A DNA stretch of 64,000 nucleotides from a virus. The DNA lies in IMG/VR virus record IMGVR_UViG_3300045988_109836; one strand, written 5' to 3'. Positions within the stretch are counted from its first letter, which is position 1; each line of letters opens with the position of its first letter. Below the pieces are notes generated by a model. It ran no database searches, had not been told where the DNA came from, and saw only the letters and a program-made list of their open reading frames with translations. Shown in pieces: positions 36,714 to 44,700 of this stretch. The translations under genes and the position numbers were made by a program.

Positions 36714-37127
36714 CTATTCTTTAGTTTTAATATATCCTTTCTCAATACACCAGCATAACGTATAATAGGCGGCATCTATTGCTTGAAGTGATTTTTCAAA
36801 ATGAAATGATTTATCCTCATATCCATCTGTATACATAAAATACCATAAACCAACTTTTTTAAACATGTAAAAATCATATATCTGTATATGTTCCGGTAGC
36901 TTATCGAGAATATCCTGCAAAGTATAAGTAGGAAAGGTTTCATATGACATAAACCCACAAGTCTGAAACCCCTTCTGTAAGCTCAAGAACCATTTACCTT
37001 TTGATTTATCATCAACACGACTTCCATGTGACACCCTCGCCCAATACATACTTGCATCACTTGTATTTAATCCAAGTTCTTGCAAGTGCTTCATCTGTTC
37101 GATTAATAATACTTGTTCTGACTTCAT
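36714..37127 (-). CDS. hypothetical protein (137 aa)
   Basis: ATG ORF. Confidence 0.7.
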   Translation of the reverse strand: MKSEQVLLIEQMKHLQELGLNTSDASMYWARVSHGSRVDDKSKGKWFLSLQKGFQTCGFMSYETFPTYTLQDILDKLPEHIQIYDFYMFKKVGLWYFMYTDGYEDKSFHFEKSLQAIDAAYYTLCWCIEKGYIKTKE

Positions 37128-37246
37128 TTCTCACTCCTTTCTTTCTCCTTTTTAGCCTTATCACATACCAACTTCTTCATTACATACGAACAATCGCAAT
37201 TCCCGTATCTTTCATTATACCAACAGCAATAATTACACTGGTGCAT
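37124..37246 (-). CDS. Cys-rich micro-protein (40 aa, MHQCNYCCWYNERYGNCDCSYV...)
   Basis: Hand-translated ORF, ATGA-coupled to 36714..37127. Confidence 0.4.
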   Translation of the reverse strand: MHQCNYCCWYNERYGNCDCSYVMKKLVCDKAKKEKERSEK

Positions 37247-37249
37247 TAT

Positions 37250-37459
37250 TTATTCCTCCTTATCTATCTTAATATCCGTTACTTTGCCACGATTGACAAA
37301 ATACATACAATCAATAAGCCTGCAAATCCATTCATCACAACGATTCTCTAATTCATCACATTCCTTGCGAAGAGAACATATACTACAAGAACTATCATTA
37401 CTATAATTCACAGCTTCATGTAATACTCCATCTATTATTATTCCGTTCTTTACTTCCAT
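37250..37459 (-). CDS. hypothetical small Cys-containing protein (69 aa)
   Basis: ATG ORF. Confidence 0.55.
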   Translation of the reverse strand: MEVKNGIIIDGVLHEAVNYSNDSSCSICSLRKECDELENRCDEWICRLIDCMYFVNRGKVTDIKIDKEE

Positions 37460-37467
37460 AGCCTTTT

Positions 37468-37653
37468 CTATTTCTTTTTAAGTTTTAAAAACAACATTAT
37501 CCTGTCCCATAATACCATATAGCTATCCCAGTAATCGCTAAAGTCGAAATAATACCAACTCATTTGCAGGTACCATATCGGCAGATAGACAATGAATATG
37601 GCGAACCACAAAGGGATGAGCAACCATCGGAGTATCAGTCTTATTTTCCTCAT
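37468..37653 (-). CDS. small membrane protein (61 aa)
   Basis: Hydrophobic segment LLIPLWFAIFIVYLPIW. Confidence 0.55.
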   Translation of the reverse strand: MRKIRLILRWLLIPLWFAIFIVYLPIWYLQMSWYYFDFSDYWDSYMVLWDRIMLFLKLKKK

Positions 37654-37656
37654 ACT

Positions 37657-37875
37657 TCAATCATTTTTAAAAGTTACACCCAAACACAACACTTTGTTTG
37701 AAACACCTATATCTTCAAATTCCAGAATTAAATACTCTGTATCATAAGGATAAGGGTATCTGCAATGTCTCAATTCTTCATCCGTTAATTTGCGTCTGAC
37801 GCGCATCTCGATTTCAAAATCATCGGGAAGATTCTCTATGATTTTTCTAAGTTGTCCTACGTTCTTTATTTCCAT
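37657..37875 (-). CDS. hypothetical small protein (72 aa)
   Basis: The ATG at 37875 (MEIKNVG) is preferred. The track start is a TTG. Confidence 0.55.
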   Translation of the reverse strand: MEIKNVGQLRKIIENLPDDFEIEMRVRRKLTDEELRHCRYPYPYDTEYLILEFEDIGVSNKVLCLGVTFKND

Positions 37876-37966
37876 ATTCAAATACAATTAGGGCATTCAG
37901 CCAATTTGTTACCTTTATTATCTGTATATACATAAATACTTTTTCCTTTTGAAGAAGTCACGTCAA

Positions 37967-38134
37967 CTATGCAGCCGCCCTCTCTATATCGACATCATTC
38001 CCATAGGTGTTTTGAAAGATACGTTTAACTTCCTCTTTCACAATTGGAATCATAATTTCCTTTATATCCTCTTTAGTCAACTTTAGTTCGTTGTGGATAT
38101 AGTTCTTCACTTCATTGTATATATATTTACTCAT
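37967..38134 (-). CDS. hypothetical small protein (55 aa, MSKYIYNEVKNYIHNELKL...)
   Basis: Hand-translated ORF, ATGA-coupled to 38131..38436. Confidence 0.45.
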   Translation of the reverse strand: MSKYIYNEVKNYIHNELKLTKEDIKEIMIPIVKEEVKRIFQNTYGNDVDIERAAA

Positions 38135-38436
38135 ATTAACCCAATCCTCTTTAATCTTTTTCTAAAATTCTTTTCATTCAAAGCTTGTTCGTAATAGCAA
38201 TCCGGCTCAATAACTGTTTTGGTTTCCATTATAGGTTTCCCGTTTAATCCAATTGAAACTTCGTTAGTAATAGAAGCTCTCTTTATCTCTTTCGTTTTCA
38301 GATTGAATGAAAATAAAATATGGCCCGGAACCCTCCTCTTCTTGTCCGTCAATTTATATTCATGCTGTTTCTTTTGAATATATTCTACCTGGTTTTTAGA
38401 TATATTACTTTTTGTTAAATCCGGAACTATTTCCAT
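38131..38436 (-). CDS. hypothetical protein (101 aa)
   Basis: The ATG at 38436 is preferred over the GTG. Confidence 0.6.
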   Translation of the reverse strand: MEIVPDLTKSNISKNQVEYIQKKQHEYKLTDKKRRVPGHILFSFNLKTKEIKRASITNEVSIGLNGKPIMETKTVIEPDCYYEQALNEKNFRKRLKRIGLI

Positions 38437-38486
38437 ATCAATCACCGTTTAAAATATACAACAACTCTCTTGCTTTCCTATAGGTA

Positions 38487-38612
38487 TCAAAACCTTTTAC
38501 ATTCCACCCATTCAGACGAAAGACGTTTGTCTTTTCTTACTTGTACGCAATACACGACTATCGGAATACAGCCGCTATACCTTATTTCTTTCACAATCCT
38601 ATATCTTTCCAT
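38487..38612 (-). CDS. hypothetical micro-protein (41 aa)
   Basis: Hand-translated ORF. Its ATG lies 1 nt after the upstream stop. Confidence 0.35.
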   Translation of the reverse strand: MERYRIVKEIRYSGCIPIVVYCVQVRKDKRLSSEWVECKRF

Positions 38613-38613
38613 G

Positions 38614-38874
38614 TCAGATACAATTTCTCATAAAAGTTCCCCTATCAAGCATACCGTTTTCCGATTCTTCTACCAAGTCTAAAAATGTATCAATAAAACA
38701 AACATGTTCTTCTATCATTATACATATTCCATCACCGGGATAATATTCACACGAAACATCATTGTTCCAATCTATATGCTTTTGTACTTCTTTAGCTACA
38801 CAGTCACAAGCAATCATATACTCTATGTATTTATTAGATGCTTTTCTTATTTTGTCAAATATATTTCCTTTCAT
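38614..38874 (-). CDS. hypothetical small protein (86 aa)
   Basis: ATG ORF. Confidence 0.6.
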   Translation of the reverse strand: MKGNIFDKIRKASNKYIEYMIACDCVAKEVQKHIDWNNDVSCEYYPGDGICIMIEEHVCFIDTFLDLVEESENGMLDRGTFMRNCI

Positions 38875-38885
38875 GGCTTTTTCAA

Positions 38886-39140
38886 TTACTCAATATATAA
38901 AACAAGACCTCTATGTATCATATCCTCTATTTCTCTTTCCAAAAACTCATCAAATGTGTGTTTGTCCATAGTACAGAAATGATACCTTACAGAATGCTTT
39001 TCATAATTGATGTTTTTATGATAATCAATCATTACGTCACTTATAACCGTCTCAACAATCTTACCATTTACAACAAAAGAAAAACGTGTTCCAACATCAT
39101 AACATGTCTTTTTAAACAAAAGAACTTTCCTTTCATTCAT
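38886..39140 (-). CDS. hypothetical small protein (84 aa)
   Basis: ATG at 39140. Confidence 0.6.
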   Translation of the reverse strand: MNERKVLLFKKTCYDVGTRFSFVVNGKIVETVISDVMIDYHKNINYEKHSVRYHFCTMDKHTFDEFLEREIEDMIHRGLVLYIE

Positions 39141-39142
39141 TT

Positions 39143-39328
39143 TCAATCTCCTTTCTCCTTAATGTATTTTTCTGTAAATTCAATAATTGAGTTCAAGAAA
39201 ATAGGGGTTGCATTATCAGATATAATACACCTACCTCCACTATTCCCGATTTCGTGTCTTTGAATTGAAAAGAACGCATATTCTTTTCTTGTAAGGGCAT
39301 ACCAAGCTACCTTTATTCGTTCAATCAT
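39143..39328 (-). CDS. hypothetical small protein (61 aa)
   Basis: ATG ORF. Confidence 0.55.
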   Translation of the reverse strand: MIERIKVAWYALTRKEYAFFSIQRHEIGNSGGRCIISDNATPIFLNSIIEFTEKYIKEKGD

Positions 39329-39329
39329 C

Positions 39330-39572
39330 TCATTTCAGTTTTTCTTCAAATTCTGCAATTATACAGTCTGCATCACCACCATGTACCCAGTCCTCCAGTA
39401 CAGAAGACAAAGCTTCAATAGCTTTCTCCTTCTGCCATTCAGCACCACTATTAAAACCATTAACAATCATTTCCTTGATGTCAGAAATTCCATTCGGTAC
39501 CCCACATGTTCCAAATGAACGAATAACCGATTCAGCATATTCTATTGAAGCCTTTTCTACTGTCTGTTTCAT
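39330..39572 (-). CDS. hypothetical small protein (80 aa)
   Basis: ATG at 39572, directly after the upstream TGA. Confidence 0.55.
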   Translation of the reverse strand: MKQTVEKASIEYAESVIRSFGTCGVPNGISDIKEMIVNGFNSGAEWQKEKAIEALSSVLEDWVHGGDADCIIAEFEEKLK

Positions 39573-39573
39573 A

Positions 39574-39738
39574 TCAATAACTTTTGGTTTTCTTGTATCT
39601 GCCACATTTCTTGCAGACGTAATATCTGGCGATATATTTATTACATCCTAACTCATCCCATGCCGTAACCTTTCTCTCATACATCAGCTCCCATTCATGG
39701 CGACAGAACCATTTCTTTATGATAGCATTCAGATTCAT
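39574..39738 (-). CDS. small Zn-ribbon-like protein (54 aa, ...FCRHEWE...CKKCGRY...)
   Basis: Hand-translated ORF with a C-x-H...C-x2-C pattern. Confidence 0.45.
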   Translation of the reverse strand: MNLNAIIKKWFCRHEWELMYERKVTAWDELGCNKYIARYYVCKKCGRYKKTKSY

Positions 39739-39741
39739 ACC

Positions 39742-39903
39742 CTAAAACAAAATCTTGAATTTCTTCCCTTTCAATGTCGGCAACCTTTCTTCCACAAACT
39801 TCCTTAACTCTTCCTCCTCAATAGGAAACAAAGGATTATATTTATATTTGAATGTGTGTATGTATTGCTCATTCAGCATCACATCAAAAATTAATATCTT
39901 CAT
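39742..39903 (-). CDS. hypothetical small protein (53 aa)
   Basis: Hand-translated ORF, ATGA-coupled to 39900..40169. Confidence 0.45.
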   Translation of the reverse strand: MKILIFDVMLNEQYIHTFKYKYNPLFPIEEEELRKFVEERLPTLKGKKFKILF

Positions 39904-40169
39904 CTAAAATACCCCTCCATCCACAATACGGCTTCCTCTATCGTTTCCACCTTCTTAAACTCCTTTGTAACACAACGTTGCATATACTCACAACATATAT
40001 TTTCTTCATCATCGAAATAGATGTTATATGCTCCGTTATCATCAGCCCCGGTACAAGCTATTTCAAGCTCCAAAGCCTTTCTTACCTTTTCCGGTTCGGT
40101 TGAAAAATAGGCATAAACCTTTCCACCCTTTACACCCATCAATCCGTTAAGTTCTATGATATTGTTCAT
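39900..40169 (-). CDS. hypothetical small protein (89 aa), first gene behind promoter copy 7
   Basis: ATG ORF. Confidence 0.6.
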   Translation of the reverse strand: MNNIIELNGLMGVKGGKVYAYFSTEPEKVRKALELEIACTGADDNGAYNIYFDDEENICCEYMQRCVTKEFKKVETIEEAVLWMEGYFR

Positions 40170-40243
40170 ATTCGAGATAATATTTGTGTATGTCTGACCC
40201 GATTAAGAAAGGGAGCTTTCATACTCCCTTATCAATCACACCA

Positions 40244-40310
40244 CAAAGATAAGATTTGTTTATGACATACGCAATAGCTTATTCCCAATAAAATTGCATA
40301 TTTAACATTT
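40244..40310 (-). promoter_or_regulatory. conserved promoter-family copy 7 (degenerate palindrome) at the structural/early boundary
   Basis: -7 box TATCTTTG (40244-40251) and half-conserved palindrome (40264-40285). A GGGAG/CTCCC hairpin lies in the leader (40211-40228). Confidence 0.5.
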
Positions 40311-40839
40311 CTTGTGTTTCCTTCTTGATAGGCTTATATCTCGTTTCTGTGGTTAAGTCCCTCTCTGCAACGTTGTTATACTCTTCCAAAGCCTTTTCCT
40401 TATCTATGCTTCTTTCAACCCATATACCTATCATCTGGTCCGGCTGCATATCTCCAATAGACACCGGATTATCTTCTGTAGCCTCGTAAAACTGTACCGT
40501 ATAGGGTCTGCTATATATATTAGGTGCACTTCCCATATATCGGCTTCCGTCTTCTCCTTCCATCATTCCTACTGCACCCACCTTGAACGAACACACATTT
40601 GTTTCCGGATTTTCAAACCATATCTTCACATCCCTTGCCGCTTCCTGGCTGTCATTATGCAGCACTATAGCCCGGTATTCATTCCTTGCATTTCTTATTG
40701 TATTTACACTCAATTCGTCAAACAAATTACCGAACATGTCATTAGGTATTGCCGTCGAAGACACAAAACCACCCAGTGAATAGGAAACATTCTGTTGTTC
40801 TGCCATATAGCCGGAACTCACTGTATACAATAGCCTCAT
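40279..40839 (-). CDS. hypothetical virion protein (186 aa)
   Basis: ATG ORF and last gene of the tail-fibre cluster. The function is inferred from position only. Confidence 0.7.
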   Translation of the reverse strand: MRLLYTVSSGYMAEQQNVSYSLGGFVSSTAIPNDMFGNLFDELSVNTIRNARNEYRAIVLHNDSQEAARDVKIWFENPETNVCSFKVGAVGMMEGEDGSRYMGSAPNIYSRPYTVQFYEATEDNPVSIGDMQPDQMIGIWVERSIDKEKALEEYNNVAERDLTTETRYKPIKKETQEMLNMQFYWE

Positions 40840-40852
40840 ACCTTGTCCTCCT

Positions 40853-41689
40853 TTATTTCTTTGATTGTGGCATTCCTGCCAAAGACCAATATTCTTTTTT
40901 TGCTGTATTATCTATCGTAACCGTTCCTCCATTATTTCGTACACGAGCTATAAAAAACTCATTGTTTGATTTCGTAGGGGCTGTTTCCAATGTTACTTCT
41001 TGCGTCAATCCCAATGTAAACCAGTCGTATGTATAAAGTCCTCCCATCTGTGCATCCGTAAACACTTTTCCCAATGGCACGGTTCCCAATATCACTACTT
41101 GCAGATTTGTTTCTGCCACAAAATCAGATTCCGAAGTCAGCACGATATTCTTGTTGTCTATTATATTGACAATTTCGTATACACCGTTATTTAGAGGCTG
41201 TGACCCATCGTCTTTCAAAAATTTTATCGCTACCGGGGTTTTCCCTGCCTGTCCTCTCACCTTGCCGGAAAAGTCCACCGTTCCAGTTACAACTCCTTTC
41301 TGGTTGATACTCACATATCCGTTTTCATAGTTTTTTGTCGAATACCCGATTTTCAACCAGTAATAAACACTATCTGCCGGGATAGCATAATTATCGTATA
41401 TATTCGCAATATTTATCACTTGTCCCAACGAATTTACTGCCATACCCGGTAATATCTTTACCGTTCCTCCCTGTGTTCCTTGCTGTACATCAAAAGCCTT
41501 ATTGTCCACAAAATCCTCTTCCGTCTTGAAATCAGACTTGAATTTAATAGGATTATTTGTCACTATGCCGAAAGAGTAGCTTCCGGCAATTAAAATCTTT
41601 CCCAACAGAGAATTCTGTAGGAAAGACTGCATATTCATCACTTCTTCCTTTTCCAGGAAAGTGTTTCTGTTAACATTTATTTGAGCCAT
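40853..41689 (-). CDS. hypothetical virion protein (278 aa)
   Basis: ATG ORF downstream of the fibre gene. Confidence 0.75.
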   Translation of the reverse strand: MAQINVNRNTFLEKEEVMNMQSFLQNSLLGKILIAGSYSFGIVTNNPIKFKSDFKTEEDFVDNKAFDVQQGTQGGTVKILPGMAVNSLGQVINIANIYDNYAIPADSVYYWLKIGYSTKNYENGYVSINQKGVVTGTVDFSGKVRGQAGKTPVAIKFLKDDGSQPLNNGVYEIVNIIDNKNIVLTSESDFVAETNLQVVILGTVPLGKVFTDAQMGGLYTYDWFTLGLTQEVTLETAPTKSNNEFFIARVRNNGGTVTIDNTAKKEYWSLAGMPQSKK

Positions 41690-41715
41690 ATATCAATAAA
41701 TTTTTATTTACAAAA

Positions 41716-44700
41716 TTAGAACCATGACGGATGTTGTTTCTTGTAATCTTCGTAACTGAACATCCTTGTACATCCTGCAAAACAACCGTTTCCATCAATT
41801 CTATCTATAGAAGGGAATCCAATTTGTGCGCCGAATATTCTACCTAAATCAAATATCAAAGGCATATATGCGGCTAGTAATGTAGCGCCGCCTATCTTAC
41901 CAACCCATCTCGGCTGTGCCGTCATACTTGAACAGTCTTTAAACGTATTTACACAATTAAATACATGTTTCAAAACGCCGGATTCTATAAAAGCATTAAG
42001 TCCGCTTGAATTTGTTACATCACCAAACGTGTATTCTGATGTCTGTAAGTTACTACACCCCTCAAACATACTTTTAATGCTTACCGATACAGAATGTCCC
42101 GGTGGTGTAACGGGGTTGCCTTGTGAACCTGCTGTTCTCAAATTAATACACCCACTGAAACACTCTACATAAGTATAACATTCCGTCGATTCTGAAAACA
42201 AAGAAGATGTTATCGTTGTTAGTCCACTATTCTTAAACATTGCTAATGCACTAACTATGTTAGGAATTATTACCCCACTCACATTCAACAGACTGCTGCA
42301 CCTCTCAAACATTCTGTCACAAAACACTCTGTTTGCACTAAAATTAAATGCACTTGAACTTATACTTGTCAAATTTTCACATTCATAAAACGCCTGAGCC
42401 ATCGTTAATTCCTGTACAGAGCCAGAAAACATATTAGACGGAAGAGAAGATATACCGGAATCAATACAAAATGCGTTTGCGACTTGTCTTTTCCCCGAAA
42501 AATACTTGAATACTATTCTACAAGGAGATTGTAAATTAGTACAACCGCTAAACATATATTGGCAACTACTTATGTTTAATGCGCCTATATCGTTACTTAT
42601 ACTTGACATTCCTGTACATTTAGAAAACATATAATCCAAGAATGTTCCATTACTTGATGTCCTTAATTGTCCTTGTACCGAAGATATACCCTTACATCCG
42701 CTAAAACAATAGGAGTAATCGTTTATTATACTTCCTCCAAGTATGCTTGACAAATTTATGGGACCACTCAATCCGCTATCCTTATATGTCTGCACGAATG
42801 TACCACTTGATACAAACCCAAATAATCCTTCTGGTACGCCTTTCAGACTTGAACATCCCTCAAAAAAAGAATCGGTAGAACCGCTCATTAAACTTGTAGT
42901 CCAACTTACAACCGAATAGAGGCTGCTGCAATTCTTGAACGCCCCTTTATTCCACGAAGTCCTTACATCTTCCACAAACCATTTTATTACCTTTGTCAAG
43001 CAATTCTGGAAACCTGCAAAATTAGAAGCACTCCATGACAAATTAGCCTGCATGCCGTTAAAATCAAACAAAATTATCTTCGTTCCGCTTGAATTATAGG
43101 TGTGTGAGCTTGTTCCTATTGTCTGCTCGCCGTCACCCCATTTTACACGCAAATTGTTAAGTCCTGTAGAGGTTGTATTCATCACCGGAAGTGTCAAGTT
43201 CATACCATTTGACACAAGAACCTCCAATACCGCACCATCTTCCATCGTGATGTTGATTGTCTTTTGAAATTCTTCCGGACCTACCGTATAATTTCCTCTT
43301 TCCGTAAAATAATTCTGACTTGTAGCTACCCACGCATAGGTATCGTTACATGGCACAATCCATGATACAGAACCGGAAGAGCTTGTTACTCCAGAACTTA
43401 CATTGTCCTCTATAGTCACTCCAGAAATAGGAGAGCCGTTTTTGGTACGCACATTATATGTCACCTGGCATTTATTCCTCGGCATCGTAACATTAACATA
43501 TACATCATCATCTTGTACACTCACAGCGCCATTCTGGCTTTGATATCCTGCTTTTGTGGTCTGCCAGTTAAAATTGCGTGGCGGTACATATCCACCAAAA
43601 GTGGCTTTTCCGTTTGCGGTCGTATATTGTGATTCATTGCCAAGAACTACCTTCACTCTTTCGATAGGATTTCCGGTATCATCCACAACCGTAAAGTAAA
43701 CCCTGTACAGATTAACGCTCAATATAATAGTCGCGTTTGTGTCCGTTTCCTCTACCTGCACAAACGTGTATCCTTGTGTATATTCCGGTAACTTGCTTGC
43801 ATAGGCGTTTCCGCTTGTTCCGGCCTCTACAATGAAAGAACACTGTCCCGTCTGACCTGTATATTGCGTTTGTCCGTTAAACGTCACCTGTGCGTTCTTT
43901 ACTACACTTCCGTATCTATCTTTCACGAAGATAGTCAGTGTTACCATCTTTACAGTAAAGTTAACCGGAACCTGTGTATTTCCATATACAGAGAACGAAG
44001 ACACCACATCGTTACAATATCTATAAGAAGCCCTGTAATTATAACTTCCGGAAACCAATTGCGTAGTCACCAAACCAAGTTCATTAGTTATTAGTGGTTC
44101 GCCTTGTCCTATAACCTCAATTTCAGCGCCAGAAGCCTGTACGCCACCAACAGAAGCGTTAAACGTCACATTGTAAGGAACCGCAGCTTTCTCACTCATT
44201 CTTATGGTATATTCATTATCACCTGCCTTTATATTGACGTTTCCCTTTGCCGGGTTATAATCCTGGTGAGACGCGCTCCACTCCCATACGCCAAGTTCAA
44301 GCGTCCAACTTGCAGCAATACCGTTATTGTTAGAATACCTCGTTTCCCCGTTTATTGTCACCACTGCATTTTGAATAGGAGCTTCTGTCTGTATATCAAT
44401 AACCTTTACTGTCAGTCTTCCCGTTTGCTTTATCAAGTCTACAGTTATTGCCAACGGCTGGTTTATGACGACTGCCGTTCCGGTTCTTGTCTCATACCCT
44501 TCTCTTGTTACGCTCCACGGATAACTACCTGGTACCCTGTTGAATACAGCGTTACCGCTCGCGTCCGTGTTGGCCGTCTGTTGTTCTTCCCCTACACCCA
44601 GGACTATAGGCTGATTCTTTACTGGTTGGTTATTTATTCTAACTGTAAATATAATGTCATAGGTTACAAGCTTCAATTGCACCTCCACACGTTTGTTTTC

